From positions 1 through 27,896 of IMG/VR virus record IMGVR_UViG_3300017913_002553: DNA of 27,896 nucleotides. The stretch is one strand, 5' to 3'. A model generated the notes under the pieces. The model was not told the DNA's origin. It searched no databases and saw only the letters and a program-made list of their open reading frames with translations. Below, piece after piece: positions 7,849-16,122 of this stretch; the stretch's first letter is position 1; the number at the start of each line of letters is the position of its first letter. The position numbers and the translations under genes are program-made. This DNA is from a virus. Lineage: Duplodnaviria > Caudoviricetes.

Positions 7849-7978
7849 ACCCGAAATCTATTTCACGATGAGGCTCTGCTGCAGACCTACGACCACACAT
7901 TGGACAAAATTCAGGAGCATCTTGCGATGTTATGTAGGTTACTGCTTCACACTCTTCGCATTCGATCCTAAAATCCAT
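7829..7978 (-). CDS. 49-aa CxxC...CxxC zinc-ribbon/rubredoxin-like protein
   Basis: Manual translation MDFRIECEECEAVTYITSQDAPEFCPMCGRRSAAEPHREIDFGYEEDDE; TGATG coupling with nrdB. Confidence 0.75.
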   Translation of the reverse strand: MDFRIECEECEAVTYITSQDAPEFCPMCGRRSAAEPHREIDFGYEEDDE

Positions 7979-8949
7979 CATGCAGCCTCCTCTATAGAGG
8001 TCCAGCCCCAGTCTCCTTCCATACCATTAACTGAATATTCAGTTACACGCTTTTCAAAAAAGTTATCATGCGATGCGCCATTAAGCACCCAATCAAGCCA
8101 AGGCAGTGGATTTTCTTTTTGCTTAAATACGGGTTTCATCCCCAATTGTAACAACCTACGATCAGCAATATGACGAATGTATTTTTGTACGTCTTCTTTA
8201 GATAGGTTTTGAATTTCAGAAGAACCATTATAAGCAAGTTTAATAAACTTATCTTCTAATTTTACGGCTTGTTCTGCCATTTTATAAATCTTAGATTTAA
8301 GTTCATCATTTACAACCCGCGGATGTTCATCACAAAACTCTCTAAACAGCTTTGAATTTCCTTGAACATGCATAGTTTCATCGCGAATTGACCATTCAAC
8401 AATAGTACCCATACCTTTCATTCTTCCAAAGCGCTGGAAGTTAAGTAACATAACGAATGATGCAAACAGTGACATGCCTTCATTAAACACTGATTGCGCT
8501 AAAGCTAACGCAATGCCTGTCTGTGTTTTTGGATCGCCTTGTGACATAAACTCAATCTTATCTGCCATTTCTTTATATTCAAGAAATGCGTGAAATTCTT
8601 CATCTGGTAATCCAAGTGTGTCATTTAGTAGTGCATATGCACGTTGGTGTACACCTTCTCTTGTTGCAAAAGATGAAAGCATATTACGAATTTCATTGTT
8701 CTTAAATTTTGGAATCAAAAGTTCAAAATAGTTTTCACCGACTTGAACATCAGATTGCGTAAACAAACGTAATACGTGTGTAATAAATTTTTTCTCATCA
8801 TCTGAAAGCTTTGTCTTCCAGTCTTGAACATCTTCTGACAATTCAGCTTCATCTTCTACCCAATGAATTTCTTCATGTTTTTTTGTAAGCTCAACTGCCC
8901 ATGGATAAAGAAATGGTTTATAAGTTTTTGATTGTTGTAATAGTGACAT
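7978..8949 (-). CDS. nrdB: class Ia ribonucleotide reductase beta subunit
   Basis: FTQSD, REGVHQRAY (ExxH plus radical Tyr), EGMSLFASF, RDETMH, NFFEKRVTEY. Confidence 0.95.
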   Translation of the reverse strand: MSLLQQSKTYKPFLYPWAVELTKKHEEIHWVEDEAELSEDVQDWKTKLSDDEKKFITHVLRLFTQSDVQVGENYFELLIPKFKNNEIRNMLSSFATREGVHQRAYALLNDTLGLPDEEFHAFLEYKEMADKIEFMSQGDPKTQTGIALALAQSVFNEGMSLFASFVMLLNFQRFGRMKGMGTIVEWSIRDETMHVQGNSKLFREFCDEHPRVVNDELKSKIYKMAEQAVKLEDKFIKLAYNGSSEIQNLSKEDVQKYIRHIADRRLLQLGMKPVFKQKENPLPWLDWVLNGASHDNFFEKRVTEYSVNGMEGDWGWTSIEEAA

Positions 8950-10938
8950 TTATCCCTCGCATGCGCGACATTCATCGCCTTCTTCTATATTAAGAGGTTG
9001 TTCCAAATAAGCCATAAGCTCATTATAACCTCCAACGTAATTTCCATCAACATAAATTTGCGGAACCGTTTTTGCGTCTTTACGACCAGTTACTTCTGCA
9101 GCGGTTTTACCAACCTCTACTAAATTAACATAATCAAACGGAATTCCTCGCAATTGTAATTCTTCCTTTGCCCTTGCACAATATGGGCAATCATCTTTTC
9201 CATATACAATGGTTCTATCATCACCTTGTAAAGCAACTCTTTCTACTTTATCAGAGACCGTTTCAGCTCTTTGTTTAGCTTCTGTCCGAAGATAATACAA
9301 TCCTTTAAGTCCTTCTTTCCACGCTTTAAGATGGACTCTATTGACATATGATTTTTCTGCTCCAGCCGGGAAAAACAGGTTGACACTTTGTCCTTGACAA
9401 ATGTACTTTTGTCTGTCTGCTGCATGTTGCACGACCCAGTTTTGATCGAGTTCGTCAGCTGTCTTAAAGATTGCCTTTTCTCCTTCGGTAAGCTCCGGTA
9501 AATGCTGAATAGAACCTTTTTTTGTAATGATTGAAGTCCATGTAGATTCATTGTTTATCCCTTTTTGAGTAAGCAACTCGTCGAGGTATTTGTTTTTGAC
9601 GAGGAATGATCCTGCCCTTGTCCTATGCGTATACGCATTAGCTTTAAGCGGTTCAATACTGGGGCTAGTTGACAATATGATTCCTGACGATGCATTTGGT
9701 GCAATCGCAAGAATGTGTGCAAACCTACGCTTCGAATTCTTTCCATCTAAATATTCACCTCTTTCTAAAGCGAGTTTTTCTGATTGATTTTCTGCTCTTT
9801 CTTTAATAGTCTTAAACACAACATCGTTAATTTCTTGTGCCTTTTCTGACTCCCAAGCAACACCATGCCTGTGTAAAAGAGAGTGAAAGCCCATGGCTCC
9901 TAAGCCAATTGATCTTTCTCTTTGAGCTGAGTATTTTGCTCTGGATATAGAGTCCGGTGCATTTTCAATAAAGTATTCGAGGACGTTATCAAGCATGGTG
10001 ACAATATCTTCAACAATACTGGTATCTTTCCACTCATCGTAATACTCCAGGTTAAGAGACGACAAACAACAGACAGCAGTGCGATCATTAGATGTAGGCA
10101 AATGAATTTCGTTACAAAGGTTAGATCCATGAATTTTTAACCCCAAATCTTTCAATGGCTGTGGTAAATGCTTATTGGCGGTATCAATAAAATTGAGATA
10201 TGGCTCACCTGTACGAAAACGTATTTCAAGAATTCTTTCCCATAGTTTACGTGCGTCTACTTCTTCAGTAACAAGATTAGAAGCTGGATCGCGTAATGAA
10301 AAAGTTTCACCGTTTATTACGGCATTCATAAATTCATCAGTAATATTAATAGCGTTATGTAAATTTAATGCTTTACGTTGAACATCGCCTGTTGGTATTC
10401 TTAAGTTCATGAATTCAATAACGTCAGGATGACTAATATCCATATAAGCTGCATATGAACCTTTACGCGTTTTACCTTGGCGATAAGCAATCATATCAGC
10501 ATCAACAGTGTGCAAAAAAGGAATAGGACCAGGTGCTTTATCTGAAACAGATCTAACATCTGACCAGTGTCCTCCTACGCCGCCTCCCATAACAGATAGC
10601 CAACGCAACTCAGATGAGTGACTGATTAATCCTTCAAGAGTGTCAGGTACGTATGTTAAAAAGCACGAAATTGGCATACCTTTGTCTGTCTTTTTCCCGT
10701 TTGGTGCATTAGACAAAACAGGAGATGCAAACATAAAATATTTCTTACTTACATAATCGTAAAGTCTTTGTGCCAATTCAACATCAAACTTTCCTTGAAA
10801 AGTGGACCAAGCTTCAGATGCTCGACCAAAGGCTTCTTGCGGCGATTTTTCATACTCACGCATATAGAAGTCTTTCAGCATTCCTATAGCGTAATCTGCA
10901 AATAAAGAATCCTGTGATTTATTAATTTTAATTTTCAT
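8950..10938 (-). CDS. nrdA: class I ribonucleotide reductase alpha subunit with fused glutaredoxin domain
   Basis: ISCF, SNLCNEI, VCCLSSLN, APNASS, GLYYLR; then CPYC...TVPQIY..G.YVGG and terminal ECRACEG. Confidence 0.95.
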   Translation of the reverse strand: MKIKINKSQDSLFADYAIGMLKDFYMREYEKSPQEAFGRASEAWSTFQGKFDVELAQRLYDYVSKKYFMFASPVLSNAPNGKKTDKGMPISCFLTYVPDTLEGLISHSSELRWLSVMGGGVGGHWSDVRSVSDKAPGPIPFLHTVDADMIAYRQGKTRKGSYAAYMDISHPDVIEFMNLRIPTGDVQRKALNLHNAINITDEFMNAVINGETFSLRDPASNLVTEEVDARKLWERILEIRFRTGEPYLNFIDTANKHLPQPLKDLGLKIHGSNLCNEIHLPTSNDRTAVCCLSSLNLEYYDEWKDTSIVEDIVTMLDNVLEYFIENAPDSISRAKYSAQRERSIGLGAMGFHSLLHRHGVAWESEKAQEINDVVFKTIKERAENQSEKLALERGEYLDGKNSKRRFAHILAIAPNASSGIILSTSPSIEPLKANAYTHRTRAGSFLVKNKYLDELLTQKGINNESTWTSIITKKGSIQHLPELTEGEKAIFKTADELDQNWVVQHAADRQKYICQGQSVNLFFPAGAEKSYVNRVHLKAWKEGLKGLYYLRTEAKQRAETVSDKVERVALQGDDRTIVYGKDDCPYCARAKEELQLRGIPFDYVNLVEVGKTAAEVTGRKDAKTVPQIYVDGNYVGGYNELMAYLEQPLNIEEGDECRACEG

Positions 10939-10957
10939 GAGTGTATAGACCTTAGAT

Positions 10958-10979
10958 CGGCTAAAACAATTTTTAGCCG
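10958..10979 (-). promoter_or_regulatory. 9-bp hairpin in the nrdA 5' leader
   Basis: CGGCTAAAA-ATTG-TTTTAGCCG, between promoter and start codon. Confidence 0.55.
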
Positions 10980-11011
10980 GAATGTATGTTCATTTTGAAT
11001 TTGATAGTAAT

Positions 11012-11041
11012 ATTATATATTAGTTTGCCGCATTTGTAAAC
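11012..11041 (-). promoter_or_regulatory. early promoter for nrdAB
   Basis: GTTTAC (11041-11036), 18 nt, TATAAT (11017-11012). Confidence 0.8.
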
Positions 11042-11073
11042 CATTAAATGGGCGGTCACAGAAAGAAAAAATA

Positions 11074-11108
11074 AAAAAAAAGATGATATAAATTTTATAC
11101 CATCTTTC
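11074..11108 (-). terminator. intrinsic terminator ending the late block
   Basis: AGATGGTATAA-AAT-TTATATCATCT followed by a T run. Confidence 0.65.
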
Positions 11109-11128
11109 TTTGTTTTGATTAGTAAACC

Positions 11129-11350
11129 TTAAAAGATTGGTGGTTCACTAGTTGTAAAATATTTTTTAATCATTTCAAGTCTATCATCAGCTTCTGCTAA
11201 TTTATTTGTCTCTGTAATGATTGCTTCTACGATATCAGAGTGTTCACCAATGCCAGCCGGATTGTTTAAGTACACTTCAATATTCATTTTGTGTACCGCA
11301 ATTTCGCCTTCAGCATGTTTAACTACTGCATCTAAAATTTCTTTTCTCAT
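11129..11350 (-). CDS. conserved phage hypothetical protein
   Basis: NIEVYLNNPAGIGEHSDI motif; ATGA coupling. Confidence 0.75.
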   Translation of the reverse strand: MRKEILDAVVKHAEGEIAVHKMNIEVYLNNPAGIGEHSDIVEAIITETNKLAEADDRLEMIKKYFTTSEPPIF

Positions 11351-11808
11351 TTTCTACTTCTCGCCTTTTCAACTGCTCGAGATCCAAACCAGAATGAAAT
11401 GATTGCAGCAAAAATTGCTTTTGTTTCCTCATCCCATAATAGTTGGATTGCTTCATCAAATGGTGTTCCCATTTCCAAAGCATTCATTAGTAAAGTAACT
11501 TCAATTGTTGCAAATAGACCAAAAAATGCATAAGTAATTACTGGTCTAACGGACTTTTGTAGTACCGATGTCCAACCGGTTGACTGCATAATCGCAGTAT
11601 CATGAGCTATCAGGCGAGCATGTTCTTTATCTGCTCCCATCTTCTCATACATTTTAAGATCAAAATCTAAGCCTTGTTGCTTAAGCTCAGCCATCATTTT
11701 CATTTTATCGATTTCGTGTTTTCTGTCAGCCTTATCCTTAAAAATATCTGTAATGGCTGGTACAGTAGAGCTAGCAAAACCAAGGAGTGATCCAACTAAT
11801 GATAACAT
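11347..11808 (-). CDS. membrane protein, 3TM (GTA-type) holin-like
   Basis: Hydrophobic N-terminus, SVRPVITY plus TM, IISFWFGSRA plus basic C-terminus. Confidence 0.65.
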   Translation of the reverse strand: MLSLVGSLLGFASSTVPAITDIFKDKADRKHEIDKMKMMAELKQQGLDFDLKMYEKMGADKEHARLIAHDTAIMQSTGWTSVLQKSVRPVITYAFFGLFATIEVTLLMNALEMGTPFDEAIQLLWDEETKAIFAAIISFWFGSRAVEKARSRK

Positions 11809-11984
11809 TATTTTTTCCCTAAAGCTTTTTTATACATTTTTTCAACGTGATATTTACTACGTCGATCCATTTTCTTTGGCCTCATCATTGTAGGAGGCAT
11901 TGCTGCAGAAGAAGTATTAGTTGCTGGAGCATCTTCTTTTTGCATATCTCTATATATCTCGTAAAATGACTTAAATTTTATCAT
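11808..11984 (-). CDS. 58-aa protein with capsid-targeting-like N-terminus
   Basis: Manual translation MIKFKSFYEIYRDMQKEDAPATNTSS...; ATGA and TAATG overlaps at both ends. Confidence 0.75.
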   Translation of the reverse strand: MIKFKSFYEIYRDMQKEDAPATNTSSAAMPPTMMRPKKMDRRSKYHVEKMYKKALGKK

Positions 11985-12547
11985 TTAATTAATTCTCCAA
12001 CAGTAACGTATATTTTTTGATTGGTACTTACATGCTTTACTTCATATATGTCAATACCAAAAATGTCACCGACCGGAAATGTATCTGGTTCTACCAAAAT
12101 TTTGTCATTTGCTTTTACAACTTCTTCGCACGTAGAGTTCAAAACCTTTGTGCCTTGAATTTTATAAAGGCCTGGAGACAGCATTTTATCTGCTACAACA
12201 AACCAATAATTTTGTTCATTCAAAAAATCTAAAACTTCAATGCCAGATTTTTCGCAAATTTGAGCTAATCCATCTTCTGTCATATTTAACTGTTCTTTAA
12301 TTAAATATAACATTGCTGCATATGAACCTATCCTGTTTCCAGGAATAAGTTTTTTAAGATTAAAAACTAAACGATGAAAATACGTATATGCAGATTTTTC
12401 TCTGCCATTTTCAGCCTTACGTAATTTTTTACCGTCTTTGTCAATTAATCCAAATTCAAAAGCTTTTGTTTTTTCAAATGGCGTAACTAAAAGCTTTAGA
12501 AATCTAAAGGTATAGACTAAATCACCGGCTCTTGTAAGTAAACTCAT
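11981..12547 (-). CDS. conserved T4-like hypothetical protein
   Basis: ORF with coupled ends; YTFRFLKLL, GLIDKDG, FHRLVFNLK. Confidence 0.75.
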   Translation of the reverse strand: MSLLTRAGDLVYTFRFLKLLVTPFEKTKAFEFGLIDKDGKKLRKAENGREKSAYTYFHRLVFNLKKLIPGNRIGSYAAMLYLIKEQLNMTEDGLAQICEKSGIEVLDFLNEQNYWFVVADKMLSPGLYKIQGTKVLNSTCEEVVKANDKILVEPDTFPVGDIFGIDIYEVKHVSTNQKIYVTVGELIK

Positions 12548-12906
12548 ATTTCTCTCAACACCTTTACAACATATTTGTCAAGTTGTATCCCAGCAAGATC
12601 ATCAGCTGTAATATATCCTAAATATATTAAAAACGGTTTAACTACTGGCCAGTGTTTTCCTTCTAATTTTAAGCCTAATATTTTTACTCCAGCCTCAATA
12701 CCAAAAACATTATGAACTACAATAATGTGATTTAATATTAGTCTTTCTGCAAGATATCCGGTTTCAATATAGCGGTTAACTAATCTTTTAATATACTTAA
12801 AGCGTTTTAGATCTTCTTCAAACTCTTCGGTTGTTACACCAGCTTTATTATAATAATTTTGAGCTGCAAATAGCAGCAGATTTTTTTCAGTAAGTTCAAA
12901 TGACAT
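12544..12906 (-). CDS. conserved T4-like hypothetical protein
   Basis: EEFEEDLKRFKYIKRL...ERLILNHIIVVHNVFG, recalled from marine T4-like phages. Confidence 0.75.
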   Translation of the reverse strand: MSFELTEKNLLLFAAQNYYNKAGVTTEEFEEDLKRFKYIKRLVNRYIETGYLAERLILNHIIVVHNVFGIEAGVKILGLKLEGKHWPVVKPFLIYLGYITADDLAGIQLDKYVVKVLREI

Positions 12907-12939
12907 GATATACTCTATAAGTGAATAACCAATTATATA

Positions 12940-13278
12940 TTAGTTATACATGTCAACAACTTCTTGAACTTCCTTAATTTCGTCAATCAAAACTTCTTTA
13001 GCTTTACGTCTGTCAAGCTCAATTCCCATAGTGCGCCCTAAAGCTTCCAGCTCTACTTTAGTCATTGTTTCAAGTGGCTTTTCAGCAGTTGGTGCTTCAT
13101 TTAGCATTTGCATTTTAGGCGCTGGTTGAACTTGTTCTACAACGCGTTTTACAGGAGCTGGTTCTCCGTGCCAAGCTTGAACGTCAGTTTCTGATATTTT
13201 TTGAGACTTTAACAGTTCTCCAGTTTTTGGATTAACCCAACCTCTTGTGGTTGGAACTGCGCCTTTAGGTCCTCTCAT
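12940..13278 (-). CDS. hypothetical protein
   Basis: ORF track; RGWVNPKTGELL N-terminal motif; small helical C-terminal module MTKVELEALGR..GIELDRRK. Confidence 0.7.
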   Translation of the reverse strand: MRGPKGAVPTTRGWVNPKTGELLKSQKISETDVQAWHGEPAPVKRVVEQVQPAPKMQMLNEAPTAEKPLETMTKVELEALGRTMGIELDRRKAKEVLIDEIKEVQEVVDMYN

Positions 13279-14462
13279 TATTTTTCTCCCTTTGAATTAT
13301 CATTAGGGCGTTTCTTTGCATTAGGCCCTTTTTTTCCTGCTGCAACTGCATCCTTATGACCTTTTTCTTCGGTGTCATCAACCTTTTTTGGCTGATTTAA
13401 CATGGCCATTGCACCTTTTGAAGATTTTGACTTATCCATCATACCTTCTGGCGGAGTAGCATTTTTTGTATGACTTTTGTCATCAGTCAAAAACTTTGCT
13501 TTGAAGTCAGCATATGTTAATGCTTCTTTTCTTGCTTTTGCTGTTGCAACAGCACTTTTAGCCTTTTTAAGAGCTCCTACAGCATCTTTTTTACGATTAA
13601 TGTCGTCTGCCTTTTTCTTCATTTTTGCTGCTTTGTTTTGAGCAGCATCTGCTCTACCAGCAGTAGAAAGTCTAAAATTGCCTTGTTTATTGATAACAGT
13701 CTTTTTAGCTAATTTACCAATACCTCTTGCAATTTTTCCAACAATTTCGTTCATTTCATCTTCATTCATGTCTACAGGATATTTTTTACCTGCAAATACG
13801 AAATCTTTTTTGCCGTCTTTTTTAGCCATTTTGGCCGCATGAATGAACTGAGATTTATCATCATCAATCACTTTTTTCTCATCGATATCTTCTTTTGTAA
13901 GCTTATTTGTAGCTTTTTCAATGCCTTTTTGTCTTTTCACTGATTTCATATAGCTTTTGCCAGATGACTTTCTTTGATCTTTATTAATTGAATTTGCATC
14001 CATTGCAGATCTATATGCCTTTGATGCAGAATCTTGTGATGCTTTTTTAACGTATGAGCCTAATGTCTTTTTTGACAACTCTTGAACGTTTTCTTCATTC
14101 TTCTCATCTTTATCTGCATCTTCAGCTTTAACCCAATTTTTACCTTTTGGATCTTTGCTTTCATATGAGCAGCTTTCGCTTTTTGGCTCACCAAATTTAT
14201 CACCGCATGACTTACAAACCATACCTTTCATAGAATCATCTTCATCCATGGATTTTGAAATGGCTTTACGACGCTTGTGTAAGTACTTGTCTGTACTATC
14301 CACGTCATTGTCATTATCAAGATCTTTATCTTGACGATCGTCAAAATCTTTTTTGGCAGCTTTAGGATTTACCGGATCTAATTTTGCTTTTTCCTGGACT
14401 GAGTCTTCTCTGACTTGTTGAAGAGCCAAGCCCATACGTTTAATATCTTCGAGTTTCATCAC
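13278..14462 (-). CDS. Lys/Asp-rich low-complexity protein, putative internal head protein
   Basis: 394 aa, highly charged, modules bounded by hydrophobic-x-E; GGGAGAG SD. Confidence 0.7.
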   Translation of the reverse strand: MMKLEDIKRMGLALQQVREDSVQEKAKLDPVNPKAAKKDFDDRQDKDLDNDNDVDSTDKYLHKRRKAISKSMDEDDSMKGMVCKSCGDKFGEPKSESCSYESKDPKGKNWVKAEDADKDEKNEENVQELSKKTLGSYVKKASQDSASKAYRSAMDANSINKDQRKSSGKSYMKSVKRQKGIEKATNKLTKEDIDEKKVIDDDKSQFIHAAKMAKKDGKKDFVFAGKKYPVDMNEDEMNEIVGKIARGIGKLAKKTVINKQGNFRLSTAGRADAAQNKAAKMKKKADDINRKKDAVGALKKAKSAVATAKARKEALTYADFKAKFLTDDKSHTKNATPPEGMMDKSKSSKGAMAMLNQPKKVDDTEEKGHKDAVAAGKKGPNAKKRPNDNSKGEK

Positions 14463-14474
14463 TCTCTCCCTTAG

Positions 14475-14753
14475 TTACATCCACATATGGGCTACATATG
14501 TGCCAATTGCTGCAACCACTGCAGCATATACAATCTTATTTATAAGAGAAACTGTCCGATGATTTTCATCAACTTTTCTCTCAATACCATCAAGTTTTAC
14601 CGATAAGCGGTTTATTCTTTCATACATTTTTTCGTGATCGTCTTGCAAGCTAGTAATCTTTTCTTCTGCTCGAGCCATAGCTACCATCGCGTCAGTGAGT
14701 TTGTCCAACTTTTCTTCTATTCGATCAAGCCTTTGTGAATTTGTGTCAGCCAT
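14475..14753 (-). CDS. coiled-coil protein with C-terminal transmembrane helix
   Basis: RLDRIEEKLDKL heptads; IVYAAVVAAIGTYVAHMWM. Confidence 0.75.
   Translation of the reverse strand: MADTNSQRLDRIEEKLDKLTDAMVAMARAEEKITSLQDDHEKMYERINRLSVKLDGIERKVDENHRTVSLINKIVYAAVVAAIGTYVAHMWM
14537..14544 (-). promoter_or_regulatory. T4 late promoter consensus TATAAATA
   Basis: Exact match about 75 nt upstream of the 394-aa gene. Confidence 0.55.
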
Positions 14754-14766
14754 AGCTCATATTCCT

Positions 14767-15138
14767 TTAATTGTTGACTGGCGCGTTTGCGCGCCACTGA
14801 TAACACGACCAATATTTAGCTTTCCACTTAGGACCTGGGTTATCGCACCCATGTCTTGCGCGGAAATTTTTACGTCTTTCAGGATCATCGCGTTTAATGC
14901 TCATATTTGGATCACCAAAACGTACTACAACAACGTTTCCCTTTGGTCCTCTAACATACACCTTGAATTTTTTATTAGGATTTTCAGATGTACGAATAGG
15001 ATCATTTAGCTTTACTTTTTTTCCTTGATACTCAGCAGCTTCAACGATATGATCAAAAGGATCTGCGCCTTCACATTGGCCACAACATGCTGGAGTGCCG
15101 CAATTAGGATGTTCAAAAAAGTTCTTAAATTTTTTCAT
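14767..15138 (-). CDS. conserved viral protein (DUF6321-like) with capsid-targeting-like N-terminus
   Basis: MKKFKNFFE start; KKFKVYV..VRFGDPNM..RRKNFRARHGC..YWSC; DUF name from memory. Confidence 0.7.
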   Translation of the reverse strand: MKKFKNFFEHPNCGTPACCGQCEGADPFDHIVEAAEYQGKKVKLNDPIRTSENPNKKFKVYVRGPKGNVVVVRFGDPNMSIKRDDPERRKNFRARHGCDNPGPKWKAKYWSCYQWRANAPVNN

Positions 15139-15139
15139 A

Positions 15140-15706
15140 TTACCCGCCAAACTCGTGTCCTGCAACTCTTTTCATTTGTTTATTAAATTCTGCCTGATCA
15201 GGCTTACTCTTATACAACTTAATAGAAATTTCAGGTCTTTCTTTACCTTTAATTCTCCAGTTATATCCTTTTTTCTTATGCTCAGGATCAGTAGTTTTTA
15301 CTACGCGCCTTTTATATCCAGCTTCCCAAGTCTCTGATTTTTTTTCTTCTACGCCTGCACGTAATGATCTAACTTTTTTACGAGGCATTCTTTTTGTATC
15401 AGGACGATCCATCATGCCCTTAACATCCTTACCAGGATCATCCTTACCGTGATATCCAGCTGCTTTACCTGGAGCAACCTTTTTAATTTTACCGCCACGC
15501 TTTTTGAATGCAGCCATTGCTTTTGCTAAGTCTGCAGATTGACGAGCTTTGTTTTCTTCAACACCTTCGCCTCTAGCGCTATCAAAATCTTTTTTAGTAG
15601 GTGCGCCTTTTGAGCCAGGTTTTCTCATAGGCCTACCTTCTTTACGCTTTTTATGAATATTAGCCCAAAGGCCGTTTTCTGAAATAAAACCACTAAAAGA
15701 TAACAT
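15140..15706 (-). CDS. basic multi-module protein, putative internal head protein
   Basis: MLSFSGFISE start; GLWANIHKKR module; GVEE junctions. Confidence 0.7.
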   Translation of the reverse strand: MLSFSGFISENGLWANIHKKRKEGRPMRKPGSKGAPTKKDFDSARGEGVEENKARQSADLAKAMAAFKKRGGKIKKVAPGKAAGYHGKDDPGKDVKGMMDRPDTKRMPRKKVRSLRAGVEEKKSETWEAGYKRRVVKTTDPEHKKKGYNWRIKGKERPEISIKLYKSKPDQAEFNKQMKRVAGHEFGG

Positions 15707-16122
15707 TAGCCTTTTACCTTTGCTGCTAAATCTTTATCTGCTTTACCCCATGTGCCTGAGGATTTAGTTACAAACGAGTTAACGCGTGCCATTCCCCACT
15801 GTTGAGGAGTTGTTCCTGGTCGGTGGCCTGTGCGCCATGCAGCAACACCGCGATTATATACTTTACGAAGAATACTAAGAGGCATTCCAGACTTTTCAGC
15901 CTTTTTCTTTAAGCCCGCAGTAGCATCTTCCATCATTTCTGCGTGTTTTTTGAATTTCATAGCCTGTTCTTTTATCTTGGTCACTTTTACTTTCGGACCA
16001 AACGATTTACCAACAGACTTACTGTTACCCTGCTTCCGTGCAGCTTTTCGGATCGCTTCTTTTTCAGTTCTAGCAGTCACTGTTTCAATGCCGCCATCGA
16101 TTTCTACTTTATATGTTGCCAT
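15706..16122 (-). CDS. DUF5824-like viral protein (C-terminal part)
   Basis: LRKVYNRGVAAWRTGHRPGTTPQQWGMARVNSF; DUF name from memory. Confidence 0.7.
   Translation of the reverse strand: MATYKVEIDGGIETVTARTEKEAIRKAARKQGNSKSVGKSFGPKVKVTKIKEQAMKFKKHAEMMEDATAGLKKKAEKSGMPLSILRKVYNRGVAAWRTGHRPGTTPQQWGMARVNSFVTKSSGTWGKADKDLAAKVKG

Noticed and set aside
6768-10938. Intron, intein or homing endonuclease associated with nrdA/nrdB
   Set aside because: Both genes are uninterrupted; the GIY-YIG ORF is 133 aa, free-standing and lacks an evident DNA-binding extension
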